Source: Takakia lepidozioides (Eukaryota; Plantae; Bryophyta). Taken from it: DNA of 64,000 nucleotides. The stretch covers positions 41,416,001 through 41,480,000 of the forward strand of contig CM060733.1 of the NCBI GenBank assembly GCA_030704615.1. The letters run 5' to 3'. Positions 24,514-36,665 of this stretch are shown piece after piece; within the stretch, counting starts at the first letter, position 1; every line of letters begins with the position of its first letter. The notes beneath the pieces are model-generated. The model was not told the origin of the DNA. It was given only the letters and a program-made list of their open reading frames with translations, and did not search any database. Both the position numbers and the translations under genes were made by a program.

Positions 24514-27500
24514 ATGGGGGCCAGCGTCATGACGAGCCCCTACGTTTATCGGCTTTCGCAACTACGCTATAGAAGCTGCGACTTGCAAGTGGGTGGCCGC
24601 ACAAATTGGTTTGCGAGGAATGTGGGCTTCTGCTCTGACGTGCGCGCCTCTACTTTCCACCGGATCCCCTCAGACCCGCATAATGATGGGAACGCTACTA
24701 AGCATTTGAAGGAGTGGTGCAGGTGCACCAGACGGGGAGTGGGTGCATGTCTCAGAAGAGCGAGGCGAAAGCAGAGGCGCCCCAATGTGGTGTACTGTGG
24801 TAGCAAGGAGAGTGAGGGTGCAAAGCGGGCAGTTATTGTGGGGGCAGGTCCTGCAGGGGCTTTGCTTGCACTGATGTTGGCACGGAAGGATTGGAAGGTA
24901 GACGTCTTCGAGCGCAAACAGTGGCAGGATGGGTACTGGGCACCGGGTGAGGCTGATGGCTGGAGTGTTATGTTAGGGAGTCGAGCGGCAGACGTGTTGC
25001 ACAAGATTGGCCTGAAGGAGCAGGTCTGGGCCAAGGGAGTTGTTTGCAGGGGCCGCACTTCTGTCAGAGGTATGCCCGGTACCAAATGAGAAACGGAATA
25101 GCATTCACTTGTCGTGAAATAACTCTGGTTCCTTGAGTCACTGCCGGTGCCTAGTTTATGGTTTTGCCGCTTCTGACAAGCTGTCATTGATGTATATTCT
25201 ACTCTCTCTTTCCCGCTCCCAAGCTTCTGGTGTTTATAAACACTAAGAGGTTTAGGAGCTTCTGAGCTTCAGGGAGAAAAATGTGTACTAGGCTTGGGGT
25301 TCAATTCTAAGTGTGATTTGAATCTAAAATGGACCTTTCTAAGACAGATTGGACGTCATGATGGAGGGCAGGCCTCAGTCGGGAGATAACATGGGCTTGC
25401 TGCTGTTGGCAGGGAGGGGCATGACCCCTAAGTACCAGGCATATGGATATGAAATGTTAGCAATTCCTCAGGCCGATTTAGCTGCAGTTCTTATCAACTC
25501 TGGTCTGTGCAGCCATCCATTGCAAATCTCCTACCATTTTGGGTGGTCCCTAGAAACTCTGCATCCAGAGACTGCTACTGCAGAGTTCAGACTGTTTGGA
25601 AGTGATGGAAATCTGCAAGGAAGAATGGCGCTGACTGCTGATCTGCTTGTTGGGGCTGATGGACTTCACTCCAAAACAAGACATGAATTGGCAGCTAAAC
25701 TCCCCTCATTCCCATGCTCTCTGCACTCCATTCCTGCAGGTCGCAATCTCCGGTAAGTTTGACCTCCTTGTTAGCCAATTAACACAGTACCACTTTCGTG
25801 AAGGGTAAGGCTGGGTAGAAGGCAAAGGAGTGGGTATGCAGGCAGGTTTCAGGATCAGCCCTCTTAATTGGGGTTCCCTGCCGCATGTATGGGGTCAGGC
25901 TCAGGGTTCCAGTGGACGTAATAGGCACACAAGAAGACCAGTCAGGGAAGAATTTTGGCCCAAGTCTGCTTGTTGTTAGCAGGCCTCCTCGACTTCTGTG
26001 GGGTCTCCCCAACTGTGATGGAACTTTTAATCTAACGCTTCAAGGCATCATCGGTTCCACTGCTGCTGATGTATCAGAAGAGATGTATGAGAGTTTTCCA
26101 GAGGTTTGCACACTACATTGGTTTTATGAACTGGGAGGATGGGTGCTCATTTGACTATGTGAGAAATAGCTTTAGAAAGGTTAACTGTCCTGGTTGTCCA
26201 GTCCGTAGTATCCTTTGAACTCCTCTCTGAGCTGGTGATGATTCTGGGCAAGTTTAGCAGTATCTGTGTTTGAAGCTCATTGCACTTCTGACTATTGTAC
26301 ACTTGAATGGCGCAGCTGGCAGACGTCTTTCGAGTGGAAGGGGAGGCCACCGCTCAGTTAGCTGGTGCCAAAGACCGTGTGCAAGGCACGGTTACAGCTC
26401 CACAGTACCACTACAAGCAGATAGTACATTGCGACTACCTGTGCTGCACTTTTGTATTGGCTTCAGGGCTGAATTTAAATGGCTACATACATTGCATGTT
26501 CCCTGCAGCCATATCCTCAACAGTAAGGTGAAGAGCTTTGACACAGTTGACAAAAAACAGAGACACCTATTGTCAGCACTTTAAAAACCTGCAACATCGA
26601 TACTCACTCTCCGAATGGCCTCAACTTACAATCTCGAAGGACTTCACGTGGCACATAACAGGACTCATGGTATTAATGATGTGCTAAGAATGAACCGAAT
26701 CTTTACTGTCCCCTTGGACATCAGGGAAAGCTGAACGGGTTGGATTCCTGTTACGATCGAGATCTGGACAGAAACGTAATAAGTGGTATTAGAGCCATGT
26801 GAAAACGGGAACCAATGATGCCCAAATGAAGAGAAAGAGACAAGAGTATTTGATGGCAAGCAGCTCCCACAACAGGGACATTCAGAATGAGTCGGCAAGG
26901 GAACAGATAGACTGGATACACAAGCAATGGCTGGCTGTTTGATTGTTATCTAGCAGACCTTCACAGTTGTTAATGTGATTGACGAGAACTTCATGGTGAT
27001 GGCTGGTGGGGGGGTTTGGGCAGGTGCTTATGGGTGATGCCGCACATGCCTTGCTAAATGTCACCCACTTGGGCACAGGCTTGGCCCTCGAGGACTGCTT
27101 GGTGCTTGACCGTCTGCTGCAAGAGTCACTCACAGCTACCCAGACCAAGGATGGAAATGTGGCAGACTCTGTGGCAGCCGCTCTAGCTTGTTTCTCTGAG
27201 GAGCGTATGCCAGAGATGCATGAAGCTGCCCAGCTTTGTGCTGATATTGCTAAAACTAACATGTAAGACATCCCATCAGTTTGCGTTTGCTTGGTTGAAT
27301 AAGGTGCCAGTTCTCATAGCCATGTTAAGTAGTCAACCCGTCATGCCAATTCTGGTAGTCAGAAAGAAGTTGGTGAAGGTGATTCGATACTGTCAAGCTC
27401 CTATTGAGAAATTTTCACAAAAGAATACCAGTTCTGATTCCCGAAAGCGAAAGCATCAGTGCATCAAATCCTTCCATAACTCTGCATATATACCTTTCAA

Positions 27501-27803
27501 CGCCTCAGAAACTTTTATAAAGAAAAGTTATAAGATAGAAAGGGGTGTAGCAGGTTTCAAGTGGAGTTGCAGCAGGCTATCGTGAGGGTTATTACAAGAG
27601 TTTTCCCGAAGGTGCAGCCATGGCAGGCATCAGCCAACACAAAGGTAGTTCCCATGCGACAATTGGCACAGTGGCGAGCAAGAGAAACAGTCATGGTGCG
27701 AATGGTGCTGATCTTTGCTCTGGTTCTGATGCTATTACGAGCTTTGCGAGTGGCTCGTCTTGCATGGAGAGTAGTATCGCCAGCAGCCGGCTTTTTGCGA
27801 TGA
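24514..27803 (+). CDS. FAD-dependent monooxygenase, kynurenine 3-monooxygenase-like; ~6 exons (24514..25069, 25413..25752, ~25842..26103, ~26316..26423, 27024..27262, 27554..27803)
   Basis: Class A flavoprotein motifs IVGAGPAG...FER, DLLVGADGLHSKTR and VLMGDAAHA...ALEDC. N-terminal transit-like extension and C-terminal hydrophobic helix. Confidence 0.85.
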
Positions 27804-28930
27804 GCCTGAAATGGAGCTAAAGGAGGGATGGTAGCAGTTTCTCCCAACTTGACAGGTGACAGAAAATAAATTTGAACAGCTTGGTGAGCCAGTTCTTGCA
27901 AAAATAATATACTGAGCAGTACTGTTACGGGCTGAGACTTCCTTGATATCATATTTGCTTTGAGGTAAGGTTATCTGAGCTTCCTTTCGCTTCCAGTTTT
28001 TGGCTTGGTGTTTTTCTTAATTGTTCTATAACTCTCTTCGTAGCAATGCCCGGTTCTGAGTAATACCTGCATTCTTGGTAAGGGGTGCGATGATCATGAA
28101 TCAAGACAGAACCCTTGAGGTGTCATCATTGTCATATTTGTAGCTTGTTTCTCTCCCTCTCTAACTTGGGATACTGTGGGCAGATTTTGCAGATTTCTTT
28201 TGTTGCCTAACAGCTAGAATTACTGGCTCCCTTGATTTTTATCCCGTCAGACAGAAGATTGGGTCAGACAGAAGATTGGGGCGTGGCAGCATAGGAGCAT
28301 AGGAGCAGGCGTCATGGTGCCTATGCACTAAGGATGATCTCACCATCCTACCTTCTGCTCAAGAAGACGAGAACTACCATGTTGTGACTGCCATAGCAGC
28401 AGGCGGTCTTAGCTGCGAGGGCCGAACCGATGATGATGATGGATAGAAAATGACGTGAATGTGCAGGGACTCCTCTCAACAATGCTCCTCTCTCTACTAC
28501 CTACTTGTCCAGAGCCTCCCAAAAACTGTTTCTGCAGAGAAGCTCCTATCTTTCACCGCAATGCAGCATATCATCTCCTTGGCTGCTGTAAGCCTCCCCT
28601 CCATAGAACTGAGTAAACTAAATAAAAATGCTCTTAAGCCTTTCTCTTCAGCATCTGTGCCATGAGCTGATGAGTACCAATAAATCTAGCATGTCTGGAT
28701 TCAGAGTTCAGACACCCTGAAGGTAGGTTCACAATTCTAGTGCTGAAAAGAGTGTCAGCATTGGCTGAGCAAGTTTTGTTGGTCTGTGTAACTCACCCCT
28801 ACCTTGATGTCTATGGACTTTCCGAATTCTTCCACACATGCAAAGGACCAAGAATGCATTCATGCACGGAAGACATAGAAACGGAGGCCATTGGAATCTT
28901 GCAAAGGTCTGGCAGTCTTGCAGTTCAGGT

Positions 28931-29382
28931 TGTAATGCCCCATATTTGCCTAGACTAGAAATGACCCGCGATACACATCTATAGTATAATTTTTTGGCGT
29001 ATAATGCCAGTAAACCATTACAATGATATCTAGGTTAGGGTTAGTTTTGGCTGGTGGCTACATCCTGGCCCTTCATCAGATCTAGGGTAACAAAGCGGCG
29101 CCGTGGGTTTTGGCTGGCTTGTGACACCTCGCCACGTGGCAGGCAACTAAAGCTAGGGCTTTTGTATAAAGACGGCGCCCTGACCTAGTGTACTAGTCTA
29201 CCTAGTGTACTAGTCTACTCGGGTGTTAGTGTATATGTGATTTTGGTTGGATGAGAGCTCCTGTGTGTCAAATCCTTGTGTTTGATCCTCCTCTCGCGCA
29301 TCGCCTGCTCTTTCCGCTTGCCCCTTTGTTGTGAAAACTTGTTTCTTGAGAGGAAAGGAGTATATGCTTCAGGCTCGTTTTG
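28931..29382 (+). repeat. 5' LTR, lacking the terminal 10 nt
   Basis: Direct repeat of 36666-37118. Confidence 0.92.
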
Positions 29383-31641
29383 TGGTGGAGAGAAGTCGGG
29401 TAGCGTCTAGGTGTTTTAGCATCCACTGCCCACTCTGACAGCATTGCTAGGTTGTTGAGGGATCTGCGCGCTAATCTTTTCATAGTTGCTCTCTAATCAG
29501 TCTTGTCTGATGGCGGCCAGCCACTTTGCGATGTTTTCTCCTGTTGTTTCGTATTTGTTTTCTCACCCTACTCATTGTGATGTGTTGCAGGACGATGGCC
29601 TCAGTGCGTAGTATTAGCTATGTAGCACGCAGAGAGGGAGAGAGTCTGTCGCTGCAAGTTGATTTGGTTTTAATTGAGATTAAGACTGACCCTGCCTTGA
29701 CAGTGACAACTAATCTTGCTCCCACTAACCCCTCTCATTGTGCGCTGCTTAGCATTGTTGCCTCGCCAGTGTCACCCCTGCCTGAACCCAGCACTGATGG
29801 TCCTGGTTTTGTCGTGCATTTGAATTCTTCTAGCCCTAGATATGATGTTGATGTGAATGAGGCCGAGGCCTGGTCACCGAGAGAAGAGAGGTCGCCCAGC
29901 TCTCTAGATAGTTGCGATCCATAGTACTTTAATTTGAAAATTTTTACCTTCCAGGTCTTGATTACGATTGTCCGAGAGAACAAGAGAGGGAGTTTGAGAA
30001 AGATGTTGAGCGCTCTCAGGAATATGATGAGTCTCTAGGAGAGTTGCTTCCGGAGGATGCGCACTGGTTTAAGAAGTTTGAAGCATCTGTTCGAGAGGAT
30101 GCTCGTCATCTGAACAGTCATCACGAGGCGATTTTTGTACAACCTGGGTCTAGTTCTAATTTTGGGAGGGGGAGTGCGATGTGCCAGACCCGAGCCATCG
30201 TGGTTGTCAAGAACTCCATGCGCTTGTGGCCAGAAGTATTCAAAGTTCGTCTTCTTCATCATCGACAAGTGGCCTGGGAAGCGCTCGGGCTACACTTACC
30301 ATTATCCGTCCGCCGTGAGTCGGGCCTGTGGCAGACGACCGAACAGACAGCAGGCACTTGGCTTTCATTGTTGCTCGAAGGCTCTGGAGCCTTGTTGTTA
30401 CGAGCTCTTCGATTTCACTCCCGGGTGTGCCGTTGCAAACCCACGATGGTTGACTTGGTAGATGGTCTCTTTAGTTTGCATGTACAGTCGTCAGATATCG
30501 TGATTTTGTCGGGCACCTGCTTTGAAGAGCAACGTGTACTTTGCCCTCGCGTTGCAGATCACCTGGATAGCTTTCCCAATTCTTCAGTACTGTCCCAGAC
30601 GTGGGAGGAGAACGACACGACACGGGTGGGCTTTTGGATTAAGAACGAGAGGGTGTGGGAGTGGCTGGTGTTGGCAGTTTCTAATTCCACTTCTCACGAC
30701 CTGCTCAAGCTTCTTTCTTGCTCTGTCTGGACTCCCGAGGCTTCATGGGTGCCAAGCCCCCAAGGCCGTGGCTGCTCATCTCGACGGTTTAGAGGTTCTT
30801 TATTTTCACGATTGTCTTTATTTTTGCATGCCAAACACATCTAGTGCAAGTTCTTGGTTGCGATCTAGTAGACTGAATTCACGAGAGCCACTCGGACCGC
30901 CTGGCAGAGGCATACCTGATGTAAGTGGAGAATCGTACAACCTCCAAGCAGGTAATGCCTTGATTGATGAGGTTTCCTTGGACACTGGTAATTTTGAGGA
31001 AGATTTAGAACTGTTGCGTGATGGTGGTATCTTGAGAATAGGGGAGGAGGGCTCTGTTGTTTTGCCCATGGAATCGGGGGTGGCAAACCCCGCAATTTTT
31101 CCTACTCAGATTAGTGGAGCCATGGTGGCTCAAGGTAGTGAGCCCATGGTACGATCTGGTCATGCAATGTAGGATCGGGTTGGTCTCGGACACTCGGGCT
31201 ATTGCGAGCAGTATGCCGGCCCAGGTCACTAATTTGAGTCCTGGTGTGATGCCTGTTGTGAATTTCCCTAGTCCCACTCTCGGGGGAGGGAGTTTGTTGC
31301 CTTCAAATTCGGGTATGCATGTGGGCAGTCTTCTTGTAGTAAATGTGCATGGTGTTGTTCAAGGTAGGGGTATCATGATGCAAGGGCCCTCTAGTGTATC
31401 TGCTGCTCCGATTCCTGCCATCACGGATCAATTGGTGGGGGCCCTCCCTGCTCAACAGGCTGGGGCGCCACCACACCTTGTTTCTAGCCAACCCATAGGC
31501 ATGCATGTTAGCACTGTCCCTGCTAGCAGTATAGGATCAGTGTCAATACAACCGGTGGGAGTGGCATCCACTCTTCCCATGAGTGGAATGTCGCAAGCCC
31601 ACTTGCAATCAACCTACCCTGCTGCTCACCCAAAGATGGTG

Positions 31642-32350
31642 CTCGGGGAGGTCACTCCCTATCTAGTTTCCCAGGCATGTGAGGCAAACAAACATTTTTA
31701 ATTGGGGTATTAATTTTATTTTCTGAATTTTTGGCCACCCTATTATTACATAATGTTGTAATATGGCATATTTTCTTGCAAGCTATATTATTTATATTTT
31801 ATAGCAGGTAACAAATATTGGACACCCTATATTAACCTGATTTTATTTTATTTTATTTTATTTATTTAAATTTATTATTATTATTTTATTTTATGGGGTT
31901 GTCATCATTCCTTTCTCAATCTACGCTTCTTCACTGTCACACCCTGCAAGCTTCAAAACCTGTGGGCCACAATGCTTGTACCATTGAGCGCACCACCATT
32001 TCTTTCTGCTTGTCTAGCACAATGCCGCCACGAATTGCAGCCGACAGGAGAGGGGGAAGCCTAGGGTTGTTGTGCACATACACCTACGCGCTCTCCGCTG
32101 CATGTCCCAAATTGTTTGTCACTGAACGACACGTGTCGCTTTAATTTCTCTCCACCTTATATTAGTTTTAATATTATTTGAAAATACGTCTTTATTTTGG
32201 AACCTATTTTAATTTTAAATGTGGTGCCGCCAATATATTGGTACCCTATAGGATTTTTAAATATATTCTAAATTTTATTTTCTCAGAATTTTCGGCACCC
32301 TATATTTTTTTGCACGTCAAGTGGTAATATTTGGAAATGACCTCCCCTTG
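31642..32350. mobile_element. AT-rich MITE with 8-bp TSD AGATGGTG, inserted in the Gypsy element
   Basis: TIR core ggggaggtca / tgacctcccc; TSD at 31634-31641 and 32351-32358. Confidence 0.88.
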
Positions 32351-33256
32351 AGATGGTGTCACTTGCTCTCCCCATGGGCATGGTGGCATCACATCTGTCG
32401 ACTTCCACTGTTGTAGGATCAGCCAGTAATAATAATATGAGTTGTAATTCTGCATTTAATATTGGATATATGTATGGTGGTGCTCCTCCCATGGTTCCCT
32501 GTTGCCATGCTCATGGGTCTGTCCTCCCTGGTCACATCAACCATAGCTTGTCTTGTCATTTGATCCCTCAGCTGATTACTCAACCTTACCCAGAATATAC
32601 AATGGGAGAAGACTTTGATAGATATCTTCATATGTTTGAGGTCATTGCTAGTGTAAATGGAGTGCCTGAGAATTTCAAGATAGCTATCTTTAGGATGATT
32701 AATCACTGTATCCATCGGAATTCACGAAAAAGAGGTTGTGGTGACCAGCATAGTTACCATTGAAGATCAATTCCTGCTAGGCATTTACTGGATGACTGGA
32801 CCTGGTACCACCATCAGCTTAGCAGATTACTCTCTTCGCTTTAACAATGGAGAAGGGCATGAAGTAATGGTTTCCCTTGAATGCATTGAAGAGCAAAGCT
32901 GGATCTGCTACAGCCAATTTATCCAGAGTCCAGGCCCTGGTAAAAGAGGTACAGCAGAATTCTCCCTCCAACCTCAATTGGAATGATTTTTACAAGTTTC
33001 AGTCTGATCTTCAACTCTTGTATCAGTGGCATGTGCCTAGTGTTAGGGGTAAGACAGGGGTGCCCATAGCTATTCCAAAGAACTCTACTCTGATTCGTGC
33101 ACCTCTCAACATCACCATCATTGCCATAACCTAGAAGGTGATTAAGTCTGGTCTGGCCTTCCTTTGTCCAATTGTTCATTTCCTGAAGGTTGAAAGATGG
33201 AGGAGACTGACTGCCCTCAAACATTGCCGGGTGGCCACTGGTGTTATAGATAGAGG

Positions 33257-34060
33257 CCCGGGGAAGTCACTCCCTATCACTTGTACAAGGCACGTGAGAT
33301 AAATGGATATTTTGTAAAGAGTATTACTTTTTACTTTGGGTATTTTTTAGTATCCTATAATTACATAATTTTGTAATATAATGAATTTTTGGCATGCTAT
33401 TTTAATTATAATTTTTTGTTTCAAACAAATATTAGACACCCTATATTAATAATACAATAAAAGAATTTTTTTTACAAGACAAATGAATTTATTATTTGGT
33501 TGAAATAAATTCATTGAAAGCATTCGCATCATCAGCATTCAAAGTATAAACGTTTTGGGCTCTATCGAAAGTCATAGTGACTGAACTAATAATTGAGTCT
33601 ATATGTACTCACTTGTTGTCGGTACGATTATATTTGAGTTTAAATTATCCTCTAGATTTTGAGAAGTAGATTAATAACACCATAACTGGCGTGGTTGGTC
33701 TATGTAGGAGATCAATAGGCTGTCGCGATATCCTCCACCTGTTCCCTGCCTTCCTTCTCATTTTTTGAATCCTACCTAGCCACCATTTTACTAGTAAGCT
33801 ACATACAAATATCTATATCCTTCCCCTAAGAACATGAATATATATTTGGAATTTTTCATAGGTATTATCTCAACCTTATAGTATTTTTTTATTAGAAAAA
33901 ACATTATTTTAGACCCTATATTAATTTAAATTCCATTATCACAATATAATGTACCCTTTATTAATTTTAAATATTTTCTAATTTTTATCTTTTCTGAATA
34001 AATTGCACCCTATATTTTTTTGCACGTCGGTTGGAAATTTTTGGAAGTGACTTCCCCGGG
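33257..34060. mobile_element. AT-rich MITE of the same family with 8-bp TSD GATAGAGG
   Basis: Perfect 15-bp TIR cccggggaagtcact / agtgacttccccggg; TSD at 33249-33256 and 34061-34068. Confidence 0.92.
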
Positions 34061-34439
34061 GATAGAGGATATAAGCAAGAAAGTCAAGATTATGATTGCT
34101 AATCCAAAATGCTTCCATGTGACTATTAAAAAAGGGCAGGTTCTAGCTCGCATCACTGCTCTACTCATTGCTGAAATACAAGAGGTGCAAGCTGGCTTTG
34201 GACTAGAGGCCATTGACATACAACATGGCCCCTTGGATGTTGTTGCTGCTTTTGCTGCAATTGCACCACCACCCACCCCTGATCTAAGTCTTGAAGGTAA
34301 GAAAGCCCTCACCAAAGTACTATCTGAAATCAAGTTGGGTACCACCCTCTTTTCAGGCCAAAAGATAAGAGTAGAGATGTTTATTACAAAGAATCTAGAT
34401 GTCTTCAGCTTGGGATCCACTGATCTAGGACGCACTCTC

Positions 34440-36100
34440 ATCCTTCAACATGACATTGTTACTGAAGGACCTCCTATTAAACAATTTGCTTACCGAGAGA
34501 GTGTCAAGGAGCGTGCTATAGTCCAAGAAGAAGTCCAGAAAATGCTAGATGCTGGTGTGATTAAGCCATCAGTTTCTCCTTAGGCTAGTCCAATTTTCCT
34601 GGTTGCAAAGAAAGATGTCAACCACCCGCCTTTGTGTTGACTTCAGGAAACTGAATGATATCACCAATAAGGATGTCTACCCACTACCTAGGATCAATGA
34701 GACCTTGGATCAATTGCATGGTGCTACTATTTTCTCATTTCTTGATCTTGCATCCGGGTTGTGGCAAGTTCCTCTCACTGAAGCAGCCTCATTTGTGTGT
34801 CGCATGGGCAAATATCAATATGAGACCATGTCTTTTGATCTCTGCAATGTCACCTCCACCTTCCAACGCCTCATGGACATTGTCTTGGATAATCTTCGCT
34901 GGGAATGTGCATTAATTTATATAGATGATATCAGTGTGTACTCAGCCAGTTTTGATGCCCACTTGACTGACTTGCAGCGTGTTTTCAACAAATTGCGCAT
35001 TGTAGGGAAGTGTGAGCTGTTCATGCCTGAGCTACACTTTCTTGGTCATATCCTCTCCAAAGATGGTTTGCTTCCTGATCCTGCCAAGTTTGAGTCTGTT
35101 TGGGGATTTCATATTCCCAGGGATAAACATTGTATCAAATTATTCCTTGGTTTGACTTCCTATTATAGGCGCTTCATAAAGAACTTTGCCAAGCTTGCTC
35201 ACCCTCTCAGCAAGGTGTTGTGTAAGGATGTCAGGTTTGAATGGACCTTCTCCCAACAAGCTGTTTTTGACACCCTTCGCAAGGCTTTGTGTTCAGCTCC
35301 CATCCTGATGTTTCCCAACTTTGAATTGTCTTTTCTGCTTCAGACTGATGCATCATATGTTATCATTTCTGCAATCTTATGTCAAGTTGTAGAAGGCAAG
35401 GAGCATGTGATAGTTTATGCATCTCGCCGTCTTGATCGTCATGAAAGGAACTATTCTATGTCTGATAGTGGCCCTAGTATTTGGTGTGAAGCATTTCAGG
35501 CAATATTTACATGGTAGCCGGTTTGTGGTAGAGACTGATCATCTTCCACTTAAGGCTTTTGTTAAGCCAAGGGATCTTCATGGCAGACTTGCTAGATGAG
35601 CTATGTACCTGCAGGAATTTGATATGAATATAGTCTACAAGAAAGGCAAAGAAAACACAAATGTTGATGTTCCCAGTTGCATTTCTGCAACCTGCTCCTA
35701 CTCTGGGTGTGCAGCAAACAAAGTAGCCTCCTGCTCTTCATTAAATCATCCCCTCCAGTCATATTCCCTGACTCCACGAGGTCTTCTGGTAGAGGTAGTC
35801 TCTTTGATTTCTTAGTTGAAATCTGTATCTTGTGCTTATCCTTGCGCACTATTCTCTTTGCTTATCGCACCGCCGTGCATGCTAGCACCAAGAAAACTCC
35901 TTTTGAGTTGTTATATCATCGCAAGTGTGTTTCTCCTTTGCATTCTATTCCTCTTATCTTTACTGTTGCTGATCCGGTTGATCTTGATACTTTTGTTGAG
36001 GATCTTCATGCTCGGCATGCGGTGCCTATCCATGATGCCAAAACGAACATTGGTAAGGCTCAGCTAACCCAGACCCATAATTTTAACAAGCGTGTCAACT
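34440..36100 (+). pseudogene. Gypsy pol remnant (RT, RNase H, partial integrase)
   Basis: ORFs 34020-34583, 34603-35517, 35417-35599 and 35677-36102 carry RT, RNase H and integrase motifs, interrupted by stops and frameshifts. Confidence 0.9.
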
Positions 36101-36665
36101 AACTTGTTTCAGGTGGGACAGACTGTGTGCGTTCAATTACAGCATGGCAAACATGCATGCAAATCTAAGCTTAAGATCGACGGTCCATACTTGATCTATC
36201 AGATTTTACGTGGGCGACGTGCTCTCCTTCTTCCACAAGGCTCCAATACTGAAGTGCGAGATGAACCTGTTTCCTTGACGGACTTGGTGCATTCCGAGCT
36301 AGTTTTTGATCTTACACGTATTAATGTGGAGGGGCGCACGGTGGGGTGATGTCTTGATCTTCTTGGCCGATCTACTTCAGCTTGATTCTCTTTTCTTCAG
36401 CGGCTTAGTCTTAGTTTGCGGATGGTGACTCTTGAAGTCATATGACTTGACCTCTCTAGGACTTAGAAACATTTTAGTTTCATGGTGTATCACCATCTGT
36501 ACCCCCTGCACGGTTTTCCTAGCCAAGGGTTTGTCCTCGACCCAACTTGCAAGTGCCAAGTTTTCCCTTGGTAGGTTTTTCACCCAACAGTCGAGGGTGA
36601 TATTTCCTTAAATTTGTTTTCTTTCGCGGAGCTCATGATTTTTCGTGGGGGGTAGGCTTCACAGA

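Noticed and set aside
29030-29045. Telomere-like TTAGGG in the LTR
   Set aside because: Only about two partial units; not a telomeric array.
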